Sequence record: OM728297.1
DNA: 64,000 nucleotides
Reading direction: 5' to 3' (one strand)
Shown here: positions 1-9,539 of the stretch, piece by piece
Numbering within the stretch: the first letter of the stretch is position 1
How the letters are laid out: each line of letters begins with the position of its first letter
Notes under the pieces: model-generated
Told to the model about the DNA's origin: nothing
What the model saw: only the letters and a program-made list of their open reading frames with translations
The model's database searches: none
Made by a program: the position numbers and the translations under genes

Positions 1-2
1 TG

Positions 3-647
3 TTAAATGATTCAATTACTCGTTACCTGTATAATTCTATCGTTATTGCTATTATTCAAGGAACTTCCTATTTGGTTTCAGAGACTGTCCAGCTAACAAA
101 AGATAATCTAAATTTGTATAATGTCACTTATAGAGATTCCAAAGAAATCTTTAATAACAATCACATTAAATCAATCTCAGTATTTAATCAATTGGAACGA
201 AAAGGTCAGCTGGTTAAGTTATTTAAAGAATCACATAACTTGGCTGAAAATACTTTAATCAACATTGGTAAAGATGTATTGAAGCGCCTATCTGATCTTG
301 GTGGAGTTACTAAGTGGATTGCAATTCTTGGTTTAATTGGATTTTCTTTGACCTTTATTAGAAGTATTATTTTCTTGTATTTCAATTCAAGAGTTAAATT
401 ATCTCAGTATCTTACACATTTAAAAGATTTTGTTGAAATGAATTCATCAACTCTTGAACATGATGCTAAAAAAGTAAGAGAACGTCAAGAAAAAATTGCT
501 CAAGCTCTTGGGAAATTATCTGATCGAATTCGAGTTGACCAAAACGTAGCAAATGATAGAGCAAATAGTCAAATTGAAGAATCAAATAAAATTATTGCTA
601 TTGATAACAGCCCATCTAATAATAGCACTAGTTTAGATTTATATTAA
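3..647 (+). CDS. 5'-truncated gene, probable virion/inner-head protein (C-terminal part)
   Basis: Frame of the 72..647 ORF has no stop back to position 3 (LNDSITRYLYNSIV...), so the gene starts left of the window; lies upstream of head-like genes. Confidence 0.6.
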   Translation, partial: LNDSITRYLYNSIVIAIIQGTSYLVSETVQLTKDNLNLYNVTYRDSKEIFNNNHIKSISVFNQLERKGQLVKLFKESHNLAENTLINIGKDVLKRLSDLGGVTKWIAILGLIGFSLTFIRSIIFLYFNSRVKLSQYLTHLKDFVEMNSSTLEHDAKKVRERQEKIAQALGKLSDRIRVDQNVANDRANSQIEESNKIIAIDNSPSNNSTSLDLY

Positions 648-665
648 AATTATAAATACAAATAA

Positions 666-677
666 ACATATAATTAG
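666..677 (+). promoter_or_regulatory. Late (nvRNAP) promoter AACA-N6-TA
   Basis: AACA TATAAT TA, 44 nt upstream of ATG 721; matches the published AR9 late consensus. Confidence 0.7.
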
Positions 678-720
678 TAAAATTAAATAATAACCTAATT
701 CCGAAGGGAGAAAATAAATA

Positions 721-1839
721 ATGAAAAATCTGTTTCTATTAGAAGATGTTGAGTTGGATGAAACAAAAGAAGAGGAAAAAGAAGTTGTAACTGAAGCAGT
801 TATTGAAGATAAAACTGGTCTTATTGCTCTTACTCTTGAGGCTGAAATGAGCTGGAATAACCTTCATACTGAAATCGTCAAAGAAGAATTTCAAGCAATC
901 ATGAAAGAAGATGAAGAACAGGCAACTAAAAGTCGTTCAGAATTCTTCAAGAAAGCAATTGCTTTCTTCCAAGAATTATGGAAAAAATTTGTACAAGTTA
1001 TTCGGAATCTAGTATCTCGTCTCCAAGTACAGTTTACTAATGGGGAAAAATTCTTAGCTTCTCGTAAGGAAAAATTAGCTCGTTATCAAGGTGATAAAAC
1101 TGTTTCTATCTACAATTGGAAAGTTAAAGGAATGCTTGGAATTGCTAAAGAATTCCCAACTAATCGTTTAGGTGGCAGTCTTGTAGGAGCTATTAATCAA
1201 GCCGCTAAGAGTGGAAAAGCTGTTTCAGCTGATGAAATTGCTAAAGGATTAGGTTTTGAATCCTTCTCTGCTATTGATAAAGGTGTAGTTGCTAAAGCTC
1301 GTGGAAATGAAAAAGTTGAAGTTAAAGTTAGTCCACAAGTTCTTTCATCTGCGGCTAATGATGTCAAATCTGCTAAACAAATTCTAGGTATTGTTAACCA
1401 ACTTGGAAAACAATCTCAAGGAATCATCCAAGAAGGACGTAAAGCGGCTACAGCTGGCTTAAATGCAAAAGATCCTCAAGATCAACAAAAACAAAGTGCG
1501 GCTGTTCAAACTGCAAAAGCGGCTCAATCAGTTCTTAACAAAGTACTAAATGTATTTGTTAAACTTGAAGTTGAGTGTTATGGAGATTCTATGCGTATTG
1601 TTTCTGCGGCTACTTCTGGTGGAAGTGCAGGAATGAAAGCTGATAAAAAGGCTTCTAAAAATGCGGCTAAAGGAAAACGTGGAAACGAACTAGCAGTAAG
1701 TGAAGATGTTGAACTTGATGAAGAACAACCAATTCTTACTCTTGAAGATTTTGAAGAAGATGAAGAAACAAAGGAAGAAGAGATTGCACTAGAAGATCTA
1801 GAGGATCTTAATCTTGAAGATCTAGAAGAAATTGAATAA
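721..1839 (+). CDS. Putative inner-head protein with acidic, LE-rich termini
   Basis: RBS GGGAG; strongly biased codons; N- and C-terminal acidic segments with repeated xLE motifs; LEAEMSWNNL shared with the next gene; amphipathic helix FFKKAIAFFQELWKKF. Confidence 0.65.
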   Translation: MKNLFLLEDVELDETKEEEKEVVTEAVIEDKTGLIALTLEAEMSWNNLHTEIVKEEFQAIMKEDEEQATKSRSEFFKKAIAFFQELWKKFVQVIRNLVSRLQVQFTNGEKFLASRKEKLARYQGDKTVSIYNWKVKGMLGIAKEFPTNRLGGSLVGAINQAAKSGKAVSADEIAKGLGFESFSAIDKGVVAKARGNEKVEVKVSPQVLSSAANDVKSAKQILGIVNQLGKQSQGIIQEGRKAATAGLNAKDPQDQQKQSAAVQTAKAAQSVLNKVLNVFVKLEVECYGDSMRIVSAATSGGSAGMKADKKASKNAAKGKRGNELAVSEDVELDEEQPILTLEDFEEDEETKEEEIALEDLEDLNLEDLEEIE

Positions 1840-1846
1840 TATAAAT

Positions 1847-1881
1847 AAGGATACGATTCTAATATGAATCGTATCCTTTTT
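1847..1881 (+). terminator. Intrinsic terminator
   Basis: 13-bp stem AAGGATACGATTC/GAATCGTATCCTT, 6-nt loop, T tract. Confidence 0.75.
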
Positions 1882-1906
1882 AATAAAGTATAAGGGGGAA
1901 TTATTA

Positions 1907-2797
1907 ATGGAATTTTTAAATGAATCAATAATGACAACAGATATATTAGAAGCAGAAATGAATTTTAATAATATCTATCATGAACTTTTATCTGAGGAAA
2001 TTAGTTTATTTCTAAATGAAGATGACCCTATTGATCACAATCCAAATCCTACTGACTATAAAATGAGGATAAAAGAAGTTGCAAATAAATTGTTGCAAGC
2101 CATAATAGATATTTGGATTGCTTTTATATCTAGAATTAAAGATGTAGTAAATAAAGTTATTATCCATATGAAATTAGCAGATAAATTTATGGATCAAAAT
2201 AGAAAATATCTTCAAGAATTTGAAAAGACAAATATGTATTTTTCAGATACAAAGATTAAAGTAAGTCCACTATTACTTGATCAACGAAGAGTTGATACTG
2301 TAATGAATGCTGTTAGATCAGTTAAGATTGTTTCTGATGATATTATGAAGGTAAAAATTAGACCAGAGGATATTAGTAAGGATACCATTCAGAAAGAATT
2401 AAGTATGAAATTAAGTAATGCTAAAAAAGAAATAAATAAAATGATTGTTGAAAAAGAAGAAGTAACACCAAATAAAGATTTATATGAAAAAAGTAAATTA
2501 TTCTTACTCAAAGGTTATGATAGTTTAGTAGCTGAATTTAGTAAAATGTATAAGACTACAGATTCAATTATTAGAGCTAGTAAAAATAATTTTATAAGTA
2601 AATTTAATGTTGATACTTCTACAAGAGATGGAAAATTAGCTGTTAATGGTTATATTGAAATCTCAAGAATGTGTGTTTCAACTGTTATTGAATGTTATTC
2701 TAGAATGCTTAGTCTCTTAAATCAATTATATACTGATTCATTTACAGTATGTAGGATGACAGTAGCTGAAGTTAAAAAAAGAAGAAATAATGACTAA
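1907..2797 (+). CDS. Putative inner-head protein, paralog of 721..1839
   Basis: LEAEMNFNNIYHELLSEE vs LEAEMSWNNLHTEIVKEE, followed by a similar amphipathic helix; RBS GGGGG. Confidence 0.65.
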   Translation: MEFLNESIMTTDILEAEMNFNNIYHELLSEEISLFLNEDDPIDHNPNPTDYKMRIKEVANKLLQAIIDIWIAFISRIKDVVNKVIIHMKLADKFMDQNRKYLQEFEKTNMYFSDTKIKVSPLLLDQRRVDTVMNAVRSVKIVSDDIMKVKIRPEDISKDTIQKELSMKLSNAKKEINKMIVEKEEVTPNKDLYEKSKLFLLKGYDSLVAEFSKMYKTTDSIIRASKNNFISKFNVDTSTRDGKLAVNGYIEISRMCVSTVIECYSRMLSLLNQLYTDSFTVCRMTVAEVKKRRNND

Positions 2798-2802
2798 TGT
2801 CA

Positions 2803-3993
2803 TTATTTCTTTTTAAAGTATAATTTAGCTTGTAAGTCTGAATACCCATTACTTCCTACATTAAATATAGAACTAGATTTTAGAATATGATATTCCCCAC
2901 TATAGTTACTGTAGTTATTAGCGGCAAAATTAAAATAAAATTGGTTATTACATGATATAGCATCTATATCAATAGCATCTAAAGTGCATGTCAAAAAAAT
3001 TCCTTTTTTAGAATTTGTTACAATTTCCTTTTCTTTATGCTTATTATTATACCTATTATAATAAACTCTTGTTTTAATTTCATTAGTACCATAGTCATTT
3101 CTCACAATATCGCTGTTACTTTGAGAAATAATAATATTATGAGTACCAAGGAATTCTTTTCTAGAATCAGAATAGTTTATAAATTTTATATTAGAAATAT
3201 GAACTTTAGCTGAGTAGAAATTTCCAGATTCTGTTACTGTATCATTATAGAATAATGAATCTCCTTCAGCAGTATCACTAACAACCTTTATATGAGTATT
3301 TTTATATTTACCTTCTAATACAGGTAAATTAGAATTATCATGTTTATTAATAATATAATATGCATTAAAATCTAGGAATATTCTTAGTCCATAATTATAT
3401 ATTCCATAAACAGTATCAAGATATTTCATTGATCTAATAATATTATTAGGAGGTAGTATAATTTGATCATATATAATTTGATTATCTGGTTTTTCAAATA
3501 TAATTGGTTTTGATGGAAATTTTTGTGCAAGATATAAAATTGTACTCTCAATATCAGAGTCTTTTAAAACTGTGTTAACTAGTCTTTTATTATTCGATAA
3601 ATCTTCTTCACTCATTAATAAAAAAGTAGTTCTTAAACTAGGAATCTGATCAGTAACACTATTTAAACCTTCAGGCATATTAATTGGAGAAATATCCTTA
3701 TCAACTGGTATAAAAATTTTATTTTTCATATAATACGTAAAGATAGTTGTATCATTACTCTCCAAATTCTCATGTTTGTATTTTTTAATAGTTATTGAGA
3801 ATTTACATGAATCATTTTTCTGAATTAGATAATAACTTTCAAAATCTAATTCTACATTTAATCTTAAAATAGGAAATACATTATTATCATAATCATTAAT
3901 TATTTCTATGCTCCTAAACATACTGTCTAATACTATTGGATTATCAATTCCGTCAATAGCAACAAATCCTTCTATTAAATAAGAAGCATCCAT
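2803..3993 (-). CDS. Hypothetical protein, possibly baseplate hub-like virion protein
   Basis: Long ORF; start moved to ATG 3993 (MDASY) behind AAGGAGG; beta-rich composition; hub assignment is only a guess. Confidence 0.55.
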   Translation of the reverse strand: MDASYLIEGFVAIDGIDNPIVLDSMFRSIEIINDYDNNVFPILRLNVELDFESYYLIQKNDSCKFSITIKKYKHENLESNDTTIFTYYMKNKIFIPVDKDISPINMPEGLNSVTDQIPSLRTTFLLMSEEDLSNNKRLVNTVLKDSDIESTILYLAQKFPSKPIIFEKPDNQIIYDQIILPPNNIIRSMKYLDTVYGIYNYGLRIFLDFNAYYIINKHDNSNLPVLEGKYKNTHIKVVSDTAEGDSLFYNDTVTESGNFYSAKVHISNIKFINYSDSRKEFLGTHNIIISQSNSDIVRNDYGTNEIKTRVYYNRYNNKHKEKEIVTNSKKGIFLTCTLDAIDIDAISCNNQFYFNFAANNYSNYSGEYHILKSSSIFNVGSNGYSDLQAKLYFKKK

Positions 3994-4015
3994 TATAATT
4001 ACCTCCTTATAAAAA

Positions 4016-4041
4016 AAAAAGATAGCAAACGCTATCTTTTT
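4016..4041. terminator. Hairpin terminator flanked by A/T tracts
   Basis: AAAAAGATAGC AAAC GCTATCTTTTT. Confidence 0.6.
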
Positions 4042-4220
4042 AAACATTTACAATCTTTATCACATAGTGAATGTAAACTATGATTTTCTTCTCTTAATTT
4101 ATCTCTCTCTTTTTTAATATTAGAAAAATGAAATAAATGAAGAAATATTAACATTAAAATCAGGATTGTAATAAAACGAATTACAATATATTTCATAATA
4201 CTATTATTATTATTATTCAT
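4032..4220 (-). CDS. Small single-pass membrane protein (about 62 aa)
   Basis: ATG 4220 after GAAGGGG, overlapping the upstream stop; hydrophobic IVIRFITILILMLIFLHLFHF then short coiled coil. Confidence 0.5.
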   Translation of the reverse strand: MNNNNNSIMKYIVIRFITILILMLIFLHLFHFSNIKKERDKLREENHSLHSLCDKDCKCLKR

Positions 4221-5346
4221 ACTTTTCCCCTTCAAAAACATACTCCAATAAGATTGGATATCTGTCAAAATATTTACTATTTACAAATTTAACTGATTCT
4301 GCATCTATACGATCGAATAATTGTGATTCAATATTGATTATATCTTTGTTACTAAAATTATAAAGATTATTATTTAATAGTTGCATATTCTTATATAATT
4401 CTTTTAAATTTTCCTCACCTAATTCATCTCTTAGACCATTCAATAGGTCTGTATTATTATATTCAATATTCTTTAATATATTATTATCAATACATTTTTG
4501 AATAAAATTAAGAGCCTTAATATTTCCCATTTTCTTAATACTACTGATATCATAATCTTTATATCCTGTAAGAGAAACCAATAATGAATACATATCTGGG
4601 AAAATAGAGAAATAATAATCCCTTTTACTTTTTTCTAGGAGAATATCAATAATATCTTCTGATGCTACAAATCTTGATTTTTCTTTTCCTCTAAGTTCTA
4701 ATTGAAGAATTCTGTCTTGTAAGTTTAAATCTTGATAATGAATTTTTTCATTTGAAATAATTATATTCATATCATTTTTATTAATAATATTTTGTTTAAG
4801 TCTTGAATTTTCAGATAAGAATAAATGTGGTACTAATCTTGGATCCATTTCATCCGTTTTGATAAAGTAGGCATGTGGTACATATTCACAAAATAATTTA
4901 ATAATATGAACATTCTTCTTAACCATATTATTAAATAAGCCAAAGGTCTGATTTTTATCATCTAATCTTTTTTCATAAAAAGAACTTCTATAGTTTTTAT
5001 CAATATTAGTTAATCTCGTATCTCTTTTATCTGAATAATAGAAAACAAAGTTAGTATACATTTTTAATCTTGAATAGAAGAAATGTCTATAATGTCCAAT
5101 AATATTAATAACTTCTGAAGCAATCATAAAACGTTCTCTCTGTTTTAATGAATTCATTGTTTCTAAAGTTTGTGGATTGTATAATGACTTAACTATATCC
5201 CAAAAATCAATAAAAATATTAACAGTATTATACTCTCTATCATTACCAGTTATAATCGTTTTATTATTAATATATGGTTTGACTAAAGGCATTAATGTAT
5301 CATAACTTAATTTTTTGGAATGAAGGATTTTTTCTAATAATAACAT
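4213..5346 (-). CDS. Divergent 5'-3' exonuclease/FEN (T4 RNase H-like) fold protein, catalytic acids degenerate
   Basis: Motif order NIFIDF...FVFYYSD...EMDP...IISNEKIHYQ...SLTGYKDYDISSIKKMGNIKA parallels FEN motifs and the H3TH loop. Confidence 0.55.
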   Translation of the reverse strand: MLLLEKILHSKKLSYDTLMPLVKPYINNKTIITGNDREYNTVNIFIDFWDIVKSLYNPQTLETMNSLKQRERFMIASEVINIIGHYRHFFYSRLKMYTNFVFYYSDKRDTRLTNIDKNYRSSFYEKRLDDKNQTFGLFNNMVKKNVHIIKLFCEYVPHAYFIKTDEMDPRLVPHLFLSENSRLKQNIINKNDMNIIISNEKIHYQDLNLQDRILQLELRGKEKSRFVASEDIIDILLEKSKRDYYFSIFPDMYSLLVSLTGYKDYDISSIKKMGNIKALNFIQKCIDNNILKNIEYNNTDLLNGLRDELGEENLKELYKNMQLLNNNLYNFSNKDIINIESQLFDRIDAESVKFVNSKYFDRYPILLEYVFEGEKYE

Positions 5347-5348
5347 TT

Positions 5349-5879
5349 TTATTCTCCCTTATTGTTAATATTAACTACTTCTATGCTATGACTTTCTAAT
5401 AATTTCTTTGTTTCTTCAAAACTATCATATTCTTTATCAAATACAATTCGTTTAATACCATGAGTTATTAATTGTTTAGTACAATTAAAACAAGGTGAAT
5501 ATGTAATATATGCAGTAGCACCTTCAACTGAAACACCATTCTTATGCGCTTTTGCAATGGCATTCATCTCAGCGTGAATTTCATGAATCAAAGACCACTT
5601 ATGATGTTCTTCTTGATCTTCACATAATTCCCAGCCCCAAGGATCAAATATATTTTTCATCCCTTTACCTAAAGTGGAATGTTTTTTATACCATTTTCCA
5701 TCTCTTTTCATAAATTTATCACAACAATTATCTTTTTTAGAAGCAGTTCCATTTATACCTACTGCCAAAATATTAGTATCTTTTTCAATAATACATCCAA
5801 CTTGTTTAGCCGCACATTTAGATTCAATTGAAACTCTTTTTGCTATGTCCATATACATTAAATCCCATTTGTTTACCAT
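5349..5879 (-). CDS. dCMP deaminase family Zn-dependent deaminase
   Basis: KQVGCII, GING, HAEMNAI and SPCFNC motifs. Confidence 0.9.
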   Translation of the reverse strand: MVNKWDLMYMDIAKRVSIESKCAAKQVGCIIEKDTNILAVGINGTASKKDNCCDKFMKRDGKWYKKHSTLGKGMKNIFDPWGWELCEDQEEHHKWSLIHEIHAEMNAIAKAHKNGVSVEGATAYITYSPCFNCTKQLITHGIKRIVFDKEYDSFEETKKLLESHSIEVVNINNKGE

Positions 5880-5902
5880 CTCATTTCCTCCATATTAAAA
5901 TA

Positions 5903-5914
5903 TACTTGTTTGTT
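5903..5914 (-). promoter_or_regulatory. Possible late promoter AACA-N6-TA
   Basis: AACA AACAAG TA on minus strand, 24 nt upstream of the deaminase start. Confidence 0.45.
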
Positions 5915-5934
5915 TTTAATTCTTTAAAATATAT

Positions 5935-5966
5935 AAGGAAAACCAGAAATTATTCTGGTTTTCCTT
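5935..5966 (-). terminator. Terminator after nrdF
   Basis: 14-bp stem AAGGAAAACCAGAA/TTCTGGTTTTCCTT. Confidence 0.7.
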
Positions 5967-5971
5967 TTTAA

Positions 5972-7021
5972 TTAATTTTCAGAGAGTTCATTAAGTTCAG
6001 ACATTAAGTCTACATCTAAGCGATCAATTTTAAATGTTTCTTTTGTAATAGGAGTTACATTTAGTGCTTTAGTATAACCATTTCCTTTTACTGAGAAGAA
6101 GTCATGGTTTTTAGTAGTAGTATTAAGACCATTTTCTACAACTGGGTTAATGTCTTCATCTTCGAATAAATGATCAAAACCTAAGTTGTCAAATGCATTA
6201 TTAGCATTATAACGTAGGAATGCATTTACTTCTTCAACTAGTCCTATTTTAGAATAGATTTCTTCAGTATATTCTAGTTCATTTTTATAAAGATCCATTA
6301 ATAGTTCATTTGCCCATTGAACTAATTCTTTTTGTTTAGTAGTATCAAATTTTTCAAATAGTTCCTGAGCTAATAATCCCATATATTGACCATGAACTGA
6401 TTCATCACGGATAATTAAGTTAATAATTTCTCCACTGGCTACCATTTTACCTTGACCAGCTAGGTATAACGGATAGAAGAATCCAGAATAGAATAAGAAT
6501 GATTCTAGCATTACACTGGCTACCATTGCTTTATATAACATTTCATCTGTAATATCTTTAGTAAAAATAGCATCATAATATTTAACAATTTTTTCAGCTT
6601 TATACTGAAGGTTCTTTTGTTCTTCTCCCCATTTAAAAATCTCATCAATTAGACTCATAGAACAAAGTGTTGAGAAAATAGCTGAATACGACTTAGCATG
6701 TACATGTTCCATTGCACCACTAAAAGCAATAACGGCACTCTTTTGTTCATCTTTAATATGAAGAGAAATTAATGGCATTCCTGCGTTTCCTTGTTCAGTA
6801 TCCAATTTTGTTAAACCAACAAGTACTTTGTAGTATGCTTCTTGTTCATCCTTACTAAGTACTTTATTCCAAGTAACAATATCTCCAGTTAAATCAATCT
6901 CTTTTTCTAACCAAAATTGGGAAGTATTAATATCCCAGAAATCAATAGTATATTCATCAGTAAGGCGGTTCCAGTTAACCGCCTTATGAACGATGGGTAC
7001 AATTTTACTCTCTGTTGTCAT
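5972..7021 (-). CDS. nrdF: Ribonucleotide reductase class Ib beta subunit
   Basis: VNWN, LTKLDTEQ, MEHVHAKSYS, LESFLFYSGF, IRDESVHG, HDFFSVKGNGY. Confidence 0.97.
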   Translation of the reverse strand: MTTESKIVPIVHKAVNWNRLTDEYTIDFWDINTSQFWLEKEIDLTGDIVTWNKVLSKDEQEAYYKVLVGLTKLDTEQGNAGMPLISLHIKDEQKSAVIAFSGAMEHVHAKSYSAIFSTLCSMSLIDEIFKWGEEQKNLQYKAEKIVKYYDAIFTKDITDEMLYKAMVASVMLESFLFYSGFFYPLYLAGQGKMVASGEIINLIIRDESVHGQYMGLLAQELFEKFDTTKQKELVQWANELLMDLYKNELEYTEEIYSKIGLVEEVNAFLRYNANNAFDNLGFDHLFEDEDINPVVENGLNTTTKNHDFFSVKGNGYTKALNVTPITKETFKIDRLDVDLMSELNELSEN

Positions 7022-7047
7022 TTTATCTAGTCCTCTCCTCTTTTAAA

Positions 7048-9144
7048 TCAAACTGCACAAGATTCGCAGATGTCATCTCCTGATTTACTTCTATTACGTA
7101 CATAGTAAAGACTCTTTAAACCACGTTTATTGGCATAATACATATGACCAACTAATTGGTCCGTAGGGATATCGCTATTAACAAATAAAGTAGTGGAAAT
7201 ACCCTGATCAATATGTTGTTGGATTACTGCAACCATGTCAATAATTTTATTTTGATCCATATCATATGCTGATTTGTAAGACCATTGAGTTCTACCATCT
7301 AAATATGGCATTGGATAGTATGTTGTAGAATCATGGTAAGTTCTATTTTCAATTCGACTCACAACAGGCATAATGGATTGAGTTGAGTTCTGTACATAGC
7401 TAATTGATTGTGTAGGTGCAATAGCAAGTCTATAAGCATGATATAAACCATTCTCTTTTACTTGTTTTGCTAATTCTGCCCAATCTTCTTTTGTTGGTAC
7501 AAAGATTCCTTCAAATAAATCTTTTACTTTTTGACTCTTAGGTGTATAATCATTTTCAATATAACGCTTGAAATAATTACCATTAGCATATTCAGAATCT
7601 TCAAAACGATGGAATTTCTTGTTTTTCTCAATAGCAGTTTCCATACTACGTCTAATACTATGGAAATTCATAATTGCAAAGAATACATTAGCAAAGTCTC
7701 TTGCTACAGCACTTTCATATGAAATACTATTTTTAGCAAGGAAGCCATGTAAGTTCATTGCTCCCAAACCAACTGAATGGAATAGCGCATTTGCTTTTCT
7801 TATAGATGGTGCGTTTTTGATATCACTCTTATCTGTTACAGATGTTAAAATATCCATTGCAATATCAACAGAATCTTTAAATTTTTTAGTCTCCATTACA
7901 TTAACGATATTTAATGATGCAAGGTTACAACTGATTCCCAATCCTAATTCATCTTCTTCTCCATAATCATTAATTGCTGATACTGAACTTAACTGCATAA
8001 TTTCAGTACAAAGGTTAGAGAATTTAATTTCACCAATTGCTTTTAAAGCATGTTCTTTATTAGCATTTGTTTTGAAGAACAGATAAGGGTATCCTGATTC
8101 TAATTGAGTCATTGCAATTTGATTCATTAGTTTCATTGGTGATAATTCACATACAAATTTCTTAATATTTGGATTATTAACTAATTCATCATACATTACA
8201 TCTAAATCCATCTCATCTAAAGGAATTCCATATTCTTTTTCGACACTATAAGGAGAGAATGTATAGAACTCTTCTTCTCCTGATTCTAGCAATTGAATAA
8301 ATTTATCAGGAACAATAATTCCAGTTGAAAGTGTTTTCATACGAATGCTATCGTCAGCATTGATTTTTTTAGTATTTAGGAAATGAATAATATCCCCATG
8401 AAAAATATTAAGATAAACAGCTCCTGAGCCTTTGCGTTGACCCATCTGATCAGCATAAGAGAAACTTTGTTCCAATAATTTCATTACAGGAATGACACCT
8501 TTAGCGGCATTTTCTTCACCATTTACTGGATCTCCAAGCATTCTTAATTTAGAAACATTTGTTGAAACCCCTCCACCAATTTTAGAGAGATACTTTGATT
8601 GTCCTTCAATATGACTAATTGAGTTTAGAGTATCATCAACTTCATCTAAGAAACAAGATACAAGTTCCCCTCTTCTTGCTTTACCAGCATTAAGGAAAGT
8701 AGGAGTAGCAGGTTGAACTCTTTGTTCTATCATTGCAACAGCGGCTTGAATTGCTTTGTCTAGATTCCCATCAAATAGATAGAGAGCAACAATAGCAATT
8801 CTATCTTGGTAAGTTTCTAAGTAATGTTTTTTATCTGTAGTTTTCAAGGCATAAGTACTATAAAATTTGGAGATAGCCATAAATGATTGGAAACTGAATG
8901 GTACTTTATTGATCGCTTTATAAACTTCTTCAATTTGTGATAAACTATAATCTTGAAATACATTATAGTAATAGTTATTTCCAATCAACCAATTAAGACG
9001 TTCAAGTAAATTTGGAAACTTAATAGAATATTCATTAATTTCTTCTGCAAAAGAAGAAATAGCTAATTTGTCATTTTCTAACTGCCAAAAACCATTGTCA
9101 CCTTTTTTAGTGATACTGTTGTTGTATTTGAGATAATCCTTCAT
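7048..9144 (-). CDS. nrdE: Ribonucleotide reductase class Ib alpha subunit
   Basis: PATPTFLNAG, LVSCFL, QRKGSG, SNLCTEI, SCNLASLN, APTQSISY, LKSLYYVR, terminal CESC; uninterrupted. Confidence 0.97.
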   Translation of the reverse strand: MKDYLKYNNSITKKGDNGFWQLENDKLAISSFAEEINEYSIKFPNLLERLNWLIGNNYYYNVFQDYSLSQIEEVYKAINKVPFSFQSFMAISKFYSTYALKTTDKKHYLETYQDRIAIVALYLFDGNLDKAIQAAVAMIEQRVQPATPTFLNAGKARRGELVSCFLDEVDDTLNSISHIEGQSKYLSKIGGGVSTNVSKLRMLGDPVNGEENAAKGVIPVMKLLEQSFSYADQMGQRKGSGAVYLNIFHGDIIHFLNTKKINADDSIRMKTLSTGIIVPDKFIQLLESGEEEFYTFSPYSVEKEYGIPLDEMDLDVMYDELVNNPNIKKFVCELSPMKLMNQIAMTQLESGYPYLFFKTNANKEHALKAIGEIKFSNLCTEIMQLSSVSAINDYGEEDELGLGISCNLASLNIVNVMETKKFKDSVDIAMDILTSVTDKSDIKNAPSIRKANALFHSVGLGAMNLHGFLAKNSISYESAVARDFANVFFAIMNFHSIRRSMETAIEKNKKFHRFEDSEYANGNYFKRYIENDYTPKSQKVKDLFEGIFVPTKEDWAELAKQVKENGLYHAYRLAIAPTQSISYVQNSTQSIMPVVSRIENRTYHDSTTYYPMPYLDGRTQWSYKSAYDMDQNKIIDMVAVIQQHIDQGISTTLFVNSDIPTDQLVGHMYYANKRGLKSLYYVRNRSKSGDDICESCAV

Positions 9145-9526
9145 CTAATAATTCCACTCCTTTTATAAATACACTTCTATCTCTCTCTGTTCCTCGTTTT
9201 TGGAATTTACATATAAGCTTTGCGTTATTATACCTTTCACATATATAATCAGCGCTTTTAGCAAAATTTTCTTTTCCCCAGTTTCTATCACCACTTGCGG
9301 CAACTCCTACAAGGTATTCACCATTATGCTTTAGAAATTCCATAGTTGAGGTTGGAGGTAGTCCGTTTTGTTTTACTCCATCAATCCTTAAGGTAGTTGT
9401 ATAAGTTACTAATACAAATGGCTCTTCTACAATTAGATCCTTACTTATACGTTTAGCGTTAGTAAAACCACAATCCTTTACAAAAGATCTGGTACTACCA
9501 GTTCTGGTATCATATATGATTAACAT
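9107..9526 (-). CDS. nrdI: Flavodoxin NrdI
   Basis: YDTRTGST, FVLVTYT, GVAASGDRNWG, FAKSAD; immediately upstream of nrdE. Confidence 0.93.
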   Translation of the reverse strand: MLIIYDTRTGSTRSFVKDCGFTNAKRISKDLIVEEPFVLVTYTTTLRIDGVKQNGLPPTSTMEFLKHNGEYLVGVAASGDRNWGKENFAKSADYICERYNNAKLICKFQKRGTERDRSVFIKGVELLDEGLSQIQQQYH

Positions 9527-9539
9527 ATAATTCCCCCTA

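Noticed and set aside
72-74. TTG at 72 as a gene start
   Set aside because: Frame is open to the window edge and there is no RBS; the gene begins upstream
1578-1937. Antisense ORF, representative of many in the track (e.g. 5674, 7531, 7619, 9991, 11082, 14265, 16154, 20050, 21578, 26213, 29552, 42171, 51100, 51758, 53230)
   Set aside because: Shadow frames of well-supported genes on the other strand; no RBS, atypical composition
5972-9144. Introns or inteins in nrdE/nrdF (also checked the RNAP genes)
   Set aside because: ORFs are continuous, of normal length, with all motifs in order and no intein splice motifs
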